A stretch of 64,000 nt of DNA from Takakia lepidozioides. Its lineage: Eukaryota > Plantae > Bryophyta. The stretch lies in the NCBI GenBank assembly GCA_030704615.1, contig CM060732.1, positions 72,664,001 through 72,728,000 on the forward strand, read 5' to 3'. The notes under the pieces are model-generated. The model saw nothing but the letters and a program-made list of their open reading frames with translations, did no database searches and was not told the origin of the DNA. Below, one piece after another: positions 24,801-34,370 of the stretch. The translations under genes were made by a program, and so were the position numbers. How positions within the stretch are numbered: position 1 is the stretch's first letter; the number at the start of each line of letters is the position of its first letter.

Positions 24801-27800
24801 CTGCACCAGCAACTCAGTAAAGGCTACAAAATGAAGAGCAGTGTCGCTTTCTTGCAACATTGCATGGATGTATGCACGCTCATCAGTGGGATTTAGCAAG
24901 CCAAAATCCCATACATAATCCAGCATCGCCTCTGGAAGCGGGTGAACTCTGTAAGCCAGGTTGAAGTGTCGGGCTTCACTGGAACTCCCAGACTCCCGTG
25001 GTGTGAAACCAGATCGCAGACTCTCTGTGTCATGCAACCTATATGGGTTGCAAGCAGCTAGAACAACCAAACGCTCGTCAAGGAGCCTCCCATCTAAAAG
25101 GCGGTGGCAAATAATTGCATCAAGGAGTCCAAGATGGTCACATGCATTTATTTCATCAAGGAAAGCCCAGACCTGGAACACACACGGTATCAGTGGGCCT
25201 TTCTGTGTGTAAGAAATGAAATGAAATGAAATGAAATGGTACTTTATAGCAAATGAAATGAAATGGTGCTTTATGACGTCCGCGGAAAGCTCATAGAGCT
25301 CATAGCAAAGAGAGCAAAAAACAAAAGCAAGCAAGAAACAAGGGAAAAAGAGCGGACCAAAGCCAAGTCTTTTATATCAAGAGATTCTCTATGTTGGAGA
25401 AGTTATACCACCAGGCATCACTGGTCCTCATAAAGAAAATTTGTCAGGTAGTACAAAGGGGCTGGAGGCTGACCTTCAGTGGTCCTGTAGAAGCTTCAAC
25501 CTCTGCCTCTGCTATGAAAGACCGTATGCTGTCCTCAGTTGATCCAGCATGAAGAGTGACGCTGCGAAATGTCACACTGGAATAGAATGCCAACAATTTG
25601 AGGAGGCTTGTTTTCCCACACCCTGTTTCACCCATAATTATCACAGGAACAGTTGCCCGTACCCTGAGAGATATAAGTGCCATTTTCAAAAAGTTGTCTG
25701 CTGCGAGCACATATTGGGGCTTATAATACGGTGGACGACTCTGTAATATAGGCCACAAATTCTCCCACAACTCGTGGGATGTCATACTTGAGTAGTCTTT
25801 GAGATTTTCATTTCTCTCTGATTTCAACTTTTGGCTTTTAAGAAGCTGTTGAATGGAACAGGGAACAAGCTCCACATGTTTGTAGAGGACTGCAATGGGT
25901 CCATCTACCTGAAAGAATATCATTACATGGTTGCTATCTGACCACCGCAGCATTCCATTCATGCGACCAGTCATGGTCAAGTTTGTGTTTGTCCCGAGAG
26001 CTGGTTGCTGCTGGTCATGGAGCCAAGGCTTAACAGACCTTAATGAGAGATCACGAGCCACTTCCAATAGCGAATCGACCAGACTCGATCGAACTGTTGG
26101 CAGGGCACCCATCCATTGAAGGTTCTCCGGGGTGAAAAAGACACTTTCATTGAAGTTCCGTAACTGTAAGGAAAGAAACTTGATGAACATCTCCAAGATT
26201 GCAAACGACATGGAGTTCCCCTGCATATGTTGGATGAAATGTCTGTCCAAGAGGTCTTGACATCGGCCTGCAGACAGTGTGCCTATGTTTCTTTCATCAC
26301 CCTTGAAGATCAGACATTTCGCATCCAGCTGCCTTTCCTCCATAGCCTGCAAGTAGTGGCAGACAACTTGCACATCACTCTCTGGTTCCTCGCTCACTTG
26401 AAGGGACCCCAGATCCCAGCTTAAGTTCTCCCGTTGGAACCACTGGCAAACTCGGAGGCTCAAAGCCAGTTCATTCCCCAGTGTGTTAGCAAGCTCAATG
26501 GATACATTGGGAGTGTTCAAGAGGAAAACTCCGGCAAGATCTGACTTTAGGCAACCAAGCACCAGGAGTTCAAACAGAAGCACATTCAGAGTCTGTGGAT
26601 TCTGCACTGTGGAGATGTCAAGGTGTAAGAGAGTATTGGGGCACAATTTCAACTGCTTCAGTCGGCGAATGAGAGTGTGCTTGGAAATATTGCCACTAAC
26701 ACAGATTGATTGAACATTATCCTGCAAGCCAATTTAAGTTCAGATTGTCAGTATAGACTCTCCTAGACTTCCAAAACCTCATGAAGTACTGAGCTGGATT
26801 GCTCCACTGGCGGTGGGAATCCAAAGGCTGGAGAAAATGCAATTGAACTCTGTACTTTAGTCCTTTCCCTGCCAATGCCATCTTCCTTAGAGATGATCAA
26901 CTCAGGGCAGTATCAACACGTTGTATTGCTCTTATAATTTTAGCCCACCCACTGTGAGACAAAATGGAATGCGCATGTTGACAGTGCAAGACAACCATGA
27001 TGCTAAGAAAAAGGGAGGCATGTACGTACAGCAGAAGCAGTACAGATTTTCACTGTCTTTCCTAAGCCAGGAAGCTCTGAGGTGACCACCCGCATGTTGG
27101 TACACTCAACAGGTAGCTGCTGGCGAAGCTGATTAAGGTTTGTCGACCCCATATGGCAAACACGCACGTCCATATGCTGGGAAAGTTCATACAAAGGTTG
27201 ACCTGTGGAGCAGCACACTAAAGCCAACATCAATGGCTCACCATCCAGAGAGAAGTTCCCCTCTCTGTTGCTGTTTCTCTCTCCAGCTATCTCCACTTTT
27301 CTTTCTATGACCATCTCTTGAATAGTAGTTAGAAACTGGGCCTGACAATCAAAGCTCAGCTTCTCAATGTAGGCAATGCAGAATAGGGCATTTTTTTCTT
27401 GGGATTTCTCCCTGAAACAGCGCAGTAACAGCAGGTGAAGCTCCTCCCAAGCAGTTGTGAGGCTGCAGAGAAGCACATTTCTTTTGAAATCACGAAGACC
27501 ATGACCCTGCTTGTGAAACAGAGCTACCACAACATCGAGCTCTTGTTGCTGGTCTTCAACCAATGCTAATAGAATGGCCCCAGATCCTCTCCCAGCATTG
27601 TGCCCAAACCAACTGGCTTCATCAATTCCCAGCCCATTGACAACTGCTGGTGCAGCACTCTCCTTCACAAAAATACCATCCAGTGAGACCGCAATTGTCT
27701 TCAAGCAAGCTGAGAGGTCAGCTTCCCTGTCCTCCAAGTGCTTCCCAACAAGCATACGGTCCACGAGAGCTGGTAGCTGCAGCTGCTTTGCAATCTCTTG

Positions 27801-30800
27801 GGCTCTGACTAATCTGTCAGCAACATTGACAATGCCAGCCCACTGGAACAATTCCAAGCACATGCTCACCTTTGCTGCATAATCTTCTGATCTTGTGCTA
27901 CCAAGGACCTCGAAAATCAGCCGCAACTCCATGGAGCAGAAATAGTTGAGACAGGGGTGCAACTGTTTGCGGGCCCACCTCAAAGCTACATACCAGTGTT
28001 GAAGTTCAAGTTCTATATCCTTTGCAAGCACCTGCAAGCCCCTCAATCCAGAGACTGTCTTTGCAAATTCAGAGAAGCAGAAATGGCCACAGGCATGAAG
28101 CTCCAAGATAGAACCAACAAGCTGCTCCACCACGTTCACTTGCTCAATGAACTCTTTTGTAGCCTCCTGTGTTGTGTCCAAGTTGGCTGCATCTTGAAAA
28201 CCCCAATCACAAACTCTGTTAATTTGCAGTCAGGCTAGTCGTGTAATCTAACATAAGCTTAATGGGTTTAGCTAACTTCCTTTGGTGGAATTTAAAAAAT
28301 TAAGTCATCTGTGATGAAGCCTGTTAAAATAATCTAGTGTTCCCTTAAATGGCATGTTTGATTGAGCAAAGGAAACATAGTTCAAGAGAAATTATTTGCA
28401 CCTGCTGAAAGAATTTCATAGTTCCTGGTTTGCGCCTTGCACGAGCTCACCACTAACCGGGCACGACTGCGGAGGTCCTGCAAGTCTGCCATACTGTACA
28501 CACATTTTTCTACAGAGTTTACAGACTGAGGAGTCTCTGACTGGGAGGTTGAGATCGAATCGCCAGGGTCAACACATATCAGCTTGAGGTTGCAAGCCAT
28601 GTTAGCCACAGTGAAATGATACTGCCCACCCTTGAGAATACGCTTCATGTGATCTCTCATCATAAGTCCCCGATTGGCCACAGTTGCCAGAAATTGACGA
28701 ATCCCATCAATCAAATGCCTCAGATCTTCATTCAAATTCTCCTGCAGAAAGGTAATGAGAGGCCCTGATTCTGCGATTTGTTTTAATGCAAGCTCCTCCC
28801 CCTCCCAGAAGAAGGCCAAGATAGCCTTCCCCTCTTGCTTATGAATGTCATGGAACTGCTTCAGTGAGCATCCAGCTTCGCAGTCCCTTCGAATCCTCCC
28901 AATCTTAGTTAGATAATCTCTGCAGCCATCTGTAATATCAAACATTTTGGCAACTTTTGGCAAAGCTTTGGCCAGTTCCTTCTTTTCTTTGATGGCCACC
29001 CATGCTTGTATCAACTCCACAATATTCAAATCTTTGCTGCGAATTAGACTCTTCAAAAAGTGTTGCGGCTTGGAGTCATTCAGACCCAGCAGTTTCCTAG
29101 CCAAATCAAACTCCGTCTCTACATGATTTGAAGCCACCCCCTGCCACAAATAGCAAACTCTTTCCATATTGATTCTTTGTAAGTCACTATTGCACCCCAA
29201 GTAGGTTTTCAGCTCATTTTTGTACATATCAACACATTGGGGCACCAAAATGGAGGCAACCATCGAAAAACTACATGTGCTTCTGTCAGACGCTGGAGGG
29301 GGACTCCCCATGCTAGTGCTAGAAGTGGGACAGTCAGTGTCATCAGAAAGGACACCATGAGAAAAAGTTTTAAGGGAATACTCTAGGAAGACATTCCTAA
29401 ACACTTGAGACTTATGCAGCACTAAAATGGGATCCAAATAAGAGAACAGGGCTTTGTGAGTCTCTGCTGGCCAGTGATCAGATTTGGCCATGGCTTCAGT
29501 CAAAGTCAGGTCCCCCCAGGTGCCCCTCAACTGAGCTAGCCACTCATACCACCCCTCCAACCCTTGGCATGGGATGCCTTTCTCCTTCAAAGAACTGCAA
29601 AGCTCAAGAAGTATGTCACATGCTCTCAACCTCATTCTGTAGACATCAAGTTCAGTCTGGGCACAGTCGAGGGCAATGAGGGCATCTTTCATTCCTCGTA
29701 TGTTGAGAATCTTGTGCCAGGCTCCACTTTGCAGCACGATATCTGCCAACCGTAGAACTATACTTCCTCGCCCTAGCAAGATGCCCAGTTTTCTAGATGC
29801 AGTTTCCAGTTTCATATATAACTGGTGCTGTTGGATGGAGAGAGCGCAGTTTTCTATTTGCAAGAGGCATGTTGCAAATTTTGAATCTGAGATGGTTTCA
29901 ATTGGTTTTTGTTCCAGAAGGTCTTGCAAGACATTTTTGGATGTTGTGTCAATTGCATCCAAGAGAGCTCGACAAAGGTCTTCCTGCATCCTGTCCACCA
30001 GAAACATACAAGTTAAAGAAAAAATTTTAGACAGACCAAACAATTTATTTCTAGCAGGTGTGCTGTACTTCCCAACTTCTATCACCTGCATTACATTTTC
30101 AGAACCTATGGGTAGATCACCAACCGCGATACTTACTGTTCTCCAATGGTCAGAGTCCCCTGCTGAGTTTGACTGCAAATGCTTTGCAAGACCTGCCAAC
30201 CAACTTTATCCAGGTCAGGCAGTGCTGTTGATGCATGCTGAACTTCCTGGTTAATAAAGGCAACGGCGGCCTCCCGGTAGTGCATCTTAATAGAATTGTG
30301 CAAAAGGTGACCAATTTGGTTCGAATCCTTGAGAAATCTTGGCAGGCTCAGACACTGCTGCTGGCTCTGCGATACGGCCAATGAAGTTAGGAAGTCAGCC
30401 ATGTGCCCAGAGGACTCGAGGCCTGCATCGAAGATTTCTGCCACGGCTTGAAAAAAATACAGTGGAGAGAGAACAGGGGACAGCACTCCTTCCATGGGCA
30501 ACTCAGAAGCCAGTCTTTGAGCAACTGCAAGTAGCCAGATCCTCAGGAAATCATGTTTCCTATGCTCCAGACAGTTTTTGCTGGTCTCAGATGGGGCCAA
30601 GGTTGTCACAATCTTTACTATTGCAAGCTTTCCCATTTCCTGAAACTTTGCATTCTGCGTTCTGGCAAGTGTTTGGAGAAGACGAACTTCATTCGACAAC
30701 AGAGGGATCTTAAAAGTGTGGGGGCACAGAATGAAGTTCTCCAGGCCCTTCAGGAAAGGAGAATTCACAGTTCTAAGGTGGCCATCTCGGAGTTCTGGAT

Positions 30801-32414
30801 TTCCTTCCAGTGCCAGAACTTCCAACAAAAGATTTCCAGCATTCTCTCTGAAGCTTTGCGCCAGATATGATGGCATATCGGGTATCGACTTCAATGCTAT
30901 CTCCAGATGTTTCCTTCTCAAAGGGCCTTCCTGCCGGGCCAGCTGGCAGTACCATGCCCGCATTGCTTCTCCCTGTGCTGATGCAATCTCTTGGAAGTTG
31001 AAATCAGATAAAGGGGAATCTCCAGCATTACTCAGCCACAGTCGGAGGGCAGATGCTGCTTGCAAGAAAGATGGGGCAGTGGGTGCTGCCCGCAGGGCCA
31101 CTTTGGCTGCATTTCCTTTGAGCATCTTCGTAGACAGCCTTGCACACTCCATAAGATGCTGGATTGCTTGACTGTAGTCTTTGTTGACTTTTTCTTGCTC
31201 GGCATCACTGTGGATGTCAAGACACATAGGATTCCAGCTGTCTAGGAAGCTCCATGAAGGATCCAAGTTACTAAGTATGCTCAAATGATCGATCCACTCG
31301 AAGGAAAAGGGTGAAACATGCTGAACTACAAGTGCAACTCCCTTCTGGAATGTGGTCCGTAATAACTCAGGAACCGACATCTGGCCCCCAGATACCAGCA
31401 TGTATTTCTGTAAAGCTGCCAGGACGTCAACATAAGTACTGAAAAGCCTTTCCCTGCCACATGCTTCAGATGTCCTGAAAAATCCAAGGATGTCAATCCA
31501 TGCAAGGCAAATTAAAGCTGTCTTTCCTCCCTGCAGTGAGTTCATCTGATTCAGGTCACAAGGATTGATTCCCCCTAACTCATGACGAGCCCACTTCTGC
31601 ATGAGCTCCAGAATTCCAACAGGATTCATTGTGATAATGCGTTTGATGTTTCTTGGTCGGTGATGACGATATTCCTGAACACACTCCTCAATGTTCATAG
31701 GGTCAGCAAAATCAACAATTTTTGTCAAAACAGCCAACCACATGTCAACGGGAAGGTTTTCTCCCGCCAATAGATCCCCTTGGGCAGAAACCACATCAAC
31801 CTGCATTCTTGCTCGTCGGATATCTACTGCTCTGTTCACAACAGACATGGATTCCGGTTTCAATTGGTTTTTAATTGAATTGATCGCTTGCGCAACTCTG
31901 TTACCCGAGTTGTTTGCTCCACGCCCTACAGGCACACTGAATTGGTAGGAGATAATACGCAGATGTTGGCCCAGGTCAGTTTGTACTGGGGGTGAACTCC
32001 AGCTGTTGTAAGGAAGCTGAAAATTCTCCAGACTACTGCGCCCAAGGGCTATCTTGTGAATCACTGGTGGTGCAGATCTTTTGCTTCGTGAAGATTCACC
32101 TACAGTCTGCAAACAAGCATCCGGGAATACATGAAGCCAACATAAGGGTACTGAAGTAAAGGTAAACTGTGAAATCGAGGAGGAACAATCACCCGCACTG
32201 TTTAAATATGGAGGTACATCCAGCTAAAACGCATCAGCACGGCTAGTAGCCTCACCTGGTGGAGCTCCGCCGTCACAGCTACCACAGATTGGGGGGCAAC
32301 CAAACAAAACCGGAAAAAATTGGCGTCGAGATCCATTGTAGCAGTACTTTGACCACGGTGTGGTGCACAAATTCCAGGTTGGCCCTCTATTGAATGCACT
32401 CCATCATGTTCCAT
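1408..32414 (-). CDS. RNF213: RNF213/mysterin-like giant AAA+ ATPase / RZ-finger E3 ligase, multi-exon gene (at least 19 exons, about 4,290 aa; 3' end unresolved)
   Basis: Hand-spliced exons (minus strand): 32414-32256, 32106-30137, 29990-28402, 28192-27030, 26721-25474, 25172-24520, 24230-24021, 23929-23821, 17508-17395, 14673-14146, 13565-13414, 12964-12500, 11949-11787, 11201-11088, 10277-9949, 9553-7051, 6777-6510, 3437-2627, 1735-1408. All junctions are GT-AG with consistent phases and no internal stop. RNF213-type motifs appear in order: [154 protein letters not shown], then the RZ finger. The start codon is tentative. Confidence 0.9.
1800..2309 (+). mobile_element. LINE-A 5'-truncated copy (RTE-X-like ORF2 C-terminus with CCHC knuckle)
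   Basis: ORF 1786-2211 [16 protein letters not shown]...CPAC...[11 protein letters not shown]; 3' end ttataaagtaccatttcattcatttc. Confidence 0.9.
2627..3437 (-). CDS. RNF213-like exon 18
   Basis: 269-aa ORF (SVR.L...YRALRLIVH...); acceptor catcag|AA, donor AA|GTAAGT. Confidence 0.82.
3465..3829 (+). mobile_element. LINE-A 3' fragment(s) ending in a (CATTT)n tail
   Basis: Same 3' sequence as 1800-2309; two successive tails at about 3778 and 3811. Confidence 0.85.
3830..3933 (+). pseudogene. U6: U6 snRNA retrocopy (near full length) fused 5' of a LINE-A body
   Basis: TCCCTTCGGAGACATCTGATAAAATTGGAACGATACAGAGAAGATTAGCATGGCCCCTACGCAAGGATGACACGCACAAATCGAGAAATGGACCAAATTGTTTT is plant-type U6 with the ACAGAGA box and AGC triad; upstream sequence is a LINE tail, with no USE/TATA promoter. 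Confidence 0.93.
3934..4493 (+). mobile_element. LINE-A 5'-truncated copy (3' half of the U6-LINE chimera)
   Basis: ORF 3979-4452 with the CCHC motif; tail catttcatctcatttc. Confidence 0.88.
4551..5460 (+). mobile_element. LINE-A 5'-truncated copy interrupted by a LINE-B 3' end
   Basis: ORF 4500-5129 switches into foreign sequence at NLRID; LINE-A resumes after the duplicated target. Confidence 0.85.
5069..5145 (-). mobile_element. 77-bp 5'-truncated LINE-B 3' end with target-site duplication
   Basis: Reverse complement of 22933-23010 (one 1-nt indel); flanked by CCTACAATTTACGGATAGA at 5050-5068 and 5146-5164. Confidence 0.92.
5520..6250. mobile_element. Cluster of short LINE-A 3' ends in both orientations
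   Basis: Plus copy 5520-5655; minus copies with tails at about 5716, 5787, 6078 and 6175. Confidence 0.8.
6510..6777 (-). CDS. RNF213-like exon 17 (RZ-type zinc finger)
   Basis: [35 protein letters not shown] matches the RNF213/ZNFX1 RZ consensus C..GH.Y.IGEC..P.....CP.C...IGG..H. Confidence 0.92.
7051..9553 (-). CDS. RNF213-like exon 16 (E3 back/shell/core region)
   Basis: 830-aa ORF; acceptor ttggcag|G, donor CAG|GTCTGG; no C3HC4 RING pattern seen. Confidence 0.85.
9949..10277 (-). CDS. RNF213-like exon 15
   Basis: [11 protein letters not shown]...KHVMLIIH...[15 protein letters not shown]; donor AG|GTAAGA. Confidence 0.85.
10345..11010 (+). mobile_element. Internally deleted LINE-B ORF2 fragment interrupted by LINE-A
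   Basis: [25 protein letters not shown] matches 21640-21740; FPVCDMGE...[11 protein letters not shown] matches 22475-22560. Confidence 0.85.
10612..10803 (-). mobile_element. LINE-A 3' end nested in LINE-B at a TGATGAAAATGAA site
   Basis: LINE-B gtctgatgaaaatgaagttagg (22435-22456) is split here: gtctgatgaaatgaaatgg...[LINE-A]...tgaaaatgaaaacgaacatgaagttagg. Confidence 0.85.
11088..11201 (-). CDS. RNF213-like exon 14 (not in the ORF track)
   Basis: ttgcag|[24 protein letters not shown]...DFH|GTAAGT; phase 0-0. Confidence 0.75.
11787..11949 (-). CDS. RNF213-like exon 13
   Basis: [16 protein letters not shown]...LPDFLLAN; donor AAT|GTACTC inferred from phase. Confidence 0.7.
12500..12964 (-). 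CDS. RNF213-like exon 12
   Basis: [37 protein letters not shown]. Confidence 0.9.
13414..13565 (-). CDS. RNF213-like exon 11 (not in the ORF track)
   Basis: Translated by hand: [29 protein letters not shown]...[11 protein letters not shown]; acceptor ctccag|, donor |GTAAGT. Confidence 0.85.
14146..14673 (-). CDS. RNF213-like exon 10
   Basis: [46 protein letters not shown]; donor GTAAGT. Confidence 0.9.
14720..17300 (-). mobile_element. Array of LINE-A 3' fragments in intron 9
   Basis: Tails at about 14722, 15178, 15280 and 15812; CCHC ORFs 14835-15179 and 15958-16215; older degenerate copies 16330-17300. Confidence 0.85.
17395..17508 (-). CDS. RNF213-like exon 9 (Walker [12 protein letters not shown])
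   Basis: Acceptor ttgcag|GTG, donor AAG|GTACAT. Confidence 0.9.
18985..19340 (+). repeat. Three tandem units of about 125-140 bp in the LINE-B ORF1 region
   Basis: ga(a/g)gatttggta..ctgaatg.tttacca...caagac...aaatcta.aca.ggggtaa.tgtcccc at about 18986, 19113 and 19254. Confidence 0.8.
19340..22582 (+). CDS. LINE-B ORF2: AP-endonuclease plus reverse transcriptase
   Basis: 1080 aa; APE motifs [24 protein letters not shown]; RT motifs [47 protein letters not shown]. Confidence 0.95.
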   Translation: MQNGWPSRSNHKLPRRQTIHTQRAGLRLATFNFSGLTNQRKQLEVGQVLRTNDIHICAGQETWETSDKLVGDVIGYKWAGKMCTLKAASAKRGQKGVGFFVRDFLFDNCEIINKGLRYEHSIWLKLNLKGGMSTKDLFVGCVYMPTEGTLSADADKAFEDVKLDCASFLAKGQVVLLGDFNARVGKGIHQDDIIGPFGEDELNSNGRRLINCLEELQLLTLNNRTRGDQVQWTREKSQTGERSIVDYIIMDKILFPQCANVLIDRTDIGTSDHFLVWTEIKRCFPTTKRSVKRSIRKWRIEKFHNEEVKAEYVQALQEALPHFVQSLQELQSRSVNARNEVERAVDSWESFVSSVADKIIGRKLIVCGRAVNWWTNEIKLKIAERRALYKECCNLETNSELWARYYQLRKDINQLVRSQKKLYWDKLYSEINSNHHGGNDKKFWLALQRLYKPKNGQQVQALKTTKGAVVTSSVDIVKTFETHYSILGRTSRSNSEGSSAEWRDTVGKTVPMIQNSPDELEYISMAYNAPISSSEIVEAIEHLNGYKAGGPDGIVNELIKHGGDPMIEALVLLFNLIWKTEMIPFRWRQGVIVNLYKKGDREEPGNYRGITLLNAVGKTFCRVISTRLEVDLESRGCFHEGQAGFRRNRGCVDHIFTLSQIIQGRKKEWKPTYVFFLDVKKAYDTVWRDGLWFRLWSCGIKGKMWRVVHNLYAHTKSCVTVKRQKSNFFDIDQGVAQGCILSPLLFNVFINQLLEDVSEGFGLRVGDTTIPALMFADDFAGIGETPTNLQELIDCAKRYFDLWGLEANVSKCAVVAFNDRGEGGSDLKWQWGSQEIPVLPSYTYLGVEFSSNCNWDAHIRKVVQTGKGKALGLTKFFHCRGVNSEVKKTMLCRVIRPALEYGSAICVFKSNQAKSLESIQVGVLKECMSACSKTANVAVRGEFGIPSLSSRRDEFKVRWWGQLQHMPNTRYPKLNDSISWKQDRPVKEAKSWQKRVEEILKDLDLDPQVLTLLDKSDLEAVVSSAISVAMRLSDENEVRQKTSLNLFPVCDMGEDILDDLKGLPTLGTRLKFKLREEAYL
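22579..23004 (+). CDS. LINE-B ORF2 C-terminal CCHC domain (separated by a 1-bp frameshift)
   Basis: [17 protein letters not shown]; the paralogous fragment at about 10930 reads through KLRATSLP, so the frameshift is a lesion or sequencing error. Confidence 0.85.
   Translation: MNSKQKQRGKGECNCPLCGQSEDSIHFLIHCPGFSHQRDALFKSIKGIVPVPLFTNFESLEAEPKAQALLRPIFWANHTQQIDVCVKGFLEDIWKTRINSIYGGKSYYQRQPLTEVGSVPFVPAQTGRGVNGHKATANNVL
23821..23929 (-). CDS. RNF213-like exon 8
   Basis: NLRGSES..YF..LP...[15 protein letters not shown]; donor AAG|GTAATA. Confidence 0.88.
24021..24230 (-). CDS. RNF213-like exon 7 (Walker A GKPGSGKT)
   Basis: [12 protein letters not shown]...[14 protein letters not shown]; phase 2-2 exon. 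Confidence 0.9.
24520..25172 (-). CDS. RNF213-like exon 6 (Walker B FLDEIN, AACNPYR, VSLRDV)
   Basis: Acceptor ttccag|GTC, donor GG|GTAAGA. Confidence 0.9.
25212..25345 (-). mobile_element. Two stacked short LINE-A 3' ends
   Basis: (GAAAT)n tails at about 25213 and 25252 followed by ggt(a/g)ctttat. Confidence 0.8.
25474..26721 (-). CDS. RNF213-like exon 5 (AAA core, Walker A GETGCGKT at 25609-25632)
   Basis: 427-aa ORF with YVL..DN..KM and [14 protein letters not shown]. Confidence 0.9.
27030..28192 (-). CDS. RNF213-like exon 4 (includes LNYF motif and first Walker-A-like LPGLGKT)
   Basis: 392-aa ORF; acceptor ttcaag|AT, donor GCT|GTACGT. Confidence 0.82.
28402..29990 (-). CDS. RNF213-like exon 3
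   Basis: 605-aa ORF; pyrimidine-rich acceptor ...ggacag|G (phase 2); contains [12 protein letters not shown]; donor G|GTGCAA. Confidence 0.82.
30137..32106 (-). CDS. RNF213-like exon 2 (N-terminal arm)
   Basis: 659-aa ORF; acceptor ttgcag|ACT, donor CA|GTAAGT (phase 2). Confidence 0.8.
32256..32414 (-). CDS. RNF213-like exon 1 (putative first coding exon, MEHDG...ELHQ)
   Basis: ATG at 32414; donor CAG|GTGAG at 32256/32255 joins exon 2 in phase 0; upstream acceptor ctgcag| at 32480. Confidence 0.55.
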
Positions 32415-34249
32415 CTGGACCAATGTGCTTTCGCAAGTCGGGTGCTTGCAGGCTCAATTCTGCAACTTTGAAACATCTCCTGCAGATCAACCAACAATAT
32501 ATCAGCAAGACCGCAAAGGGAATGTTGCTCCAAATTAGCGACCGAACTCAAGCCTGGCACAATTTAACGCCATCACGAGAACCGATAGCAACCGGGACTT
32601 GGGCATTATCTAAAGGTCTCCCCAAACTGGGCACTGGAGTACTGACTTTAAAAGTCATAACTTGGGCTGCCTATCTCAGCACATTATGTGAAACAAGCTG
32701 GAAAAAAAGGATCCACATCTCCAATTTAGTGGACTGGACATGGCATTTAAACTTTCCGATGCATAGTAATGGACCTACTACTGCAAGGAACTTTCAAGAA
32801 AGGATCGCCCAGTGCATTTTCTAGACGCTGCAAAAACCTATCCCTTTAGCCCAAATTTCATGGGAATAACAGGCCCTACATACGAATGTCCTAAGTCTAT
32901 AAGTCAAACTCGCCTGATGTATGTGATACAGCCAAGCCTCCAGTCGCTGATACTATTTCACGAATGCAATTCGCTGTGCACCCTCCTGCATGTGCAGCAC
33001 CTACCCAACTTCGCATCTCCTCACCCCCAACTATACTTCTCCCTCACTCAGAATTAGCACAACACTTTCAGATGATCCCCAACCAACTTCAGCACACGTA
33101 CATGTGCTGACAGAGAGGAATTGAAGCATGCAGGCTGCGAGCTGTGCAAGTAATGTACTGCAAAGTTGCCAAGTGATGCATGCGCGATCCCGAATTCACG
33201 AAGACGAAGACGAAGATCACCGGAAATCGAAAGAGTACGTCGCGACCGACGTGGCGCGGCCACAGAGCGCCGCCGTCTTGTTCAACTGAATCGCCGTTTA
33301 CGCTGTTACGGCGCACCAGTACCTACCCACCTACCTATCTAGCTCGCCTTATACCATACGAATAGGTACCAGATACCTACGTAGAACTCGCATGTGCGAA
33401 AGCGTCCTACAAGAACTCGTGAGGGTAAACAGACCTATGACCGTTACGGTGCCTATGACCGACCACCCCATAACTGCTTCCGTCAGTCCTATGACCTGCG
33501 TCCCAAAAGTGCTCATTTTTTCCACCTGGCAAACAGTTATTCGATAAAATCATGATTCATGGTAGGGCTTAAGGTTCGTACAAGCATTCTGATTGGTCCA
33601 ACTTTGAACCCCTACAACCTTTTGTACTTCATGAAATCAAGTACTTCCAACTGTGTTGGAATGATGCGGAGGAGCAAGTAAGTAGCCGAGTGTGGTTGGG
33701 TATTGTGCCTTGCCTGTGCATAACCTGGGTGATCTTGGGTTCAATCCTTCAACATGGGCCTTCAACCTTCCATTGGTCCCTCGAAGGGCTGTGTGTTGAG
33801 CAGTAGTCTGTAAATTCACTGGATGTTAAACAAGCGGCTAGTCGCGTAATGGCTCCACCCTAAAACTCCAAGTAGAAAATTTCCTTAAAATGTTATTGAG
33901 AGAAGATAATTACGTATTCACTACTTGGTAAATAGGGGCAGAAGCCCTGGATTGAACTTTATTACAGATTATTTGAAGGGAAAAAAATCAAAACCCTTGA
34001 TTGTAATTTATATTTTAAGCATGTTCTGCATAAGAGCATGTTTTGCATGTTCTATTTTCATGTACATTTTAAACATGTTCTGCATAAGAGGAACATTTAT
34101 TTATTTATTCATTTATACAGCCGGGAGCAGACTGAGGGCCTGGCATGATGTGAATTAAGTAATCATGTATGATAATGCAAAAATGATATTTAATTATTAA
34201 ATTATTGAAATGCTTGTTAAAATATTAACTAAAATATTGAGAATAACTA

Positions 34250-34370
34250 GCTGAAATATTAAAATACTTGCTGAAAATCTGGCTGAAATATTGAGGGACT
34301 TGCTAAAAATCTGGCTGAAATACTGAGGGATTTGCTAAAAATCTGGCTGAAATACTGAGATACTGAAATA
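34250..34370. repeat. Minisatellite, about 32-bp unit, about 3 copies
   Basis: gctgaaata(t/c)tgaggga(c/t)ttgctaaaaatctg repeated. Confidence 0.75.

Noticed and set aside
30133-30199. Apparent frameshift between the overlapping 659-aa and 605-aa ORFs
   Set aside because: Resolved by a phase-2 intron GTAAGT(30136)...GGACAG(29991); not a lesion.
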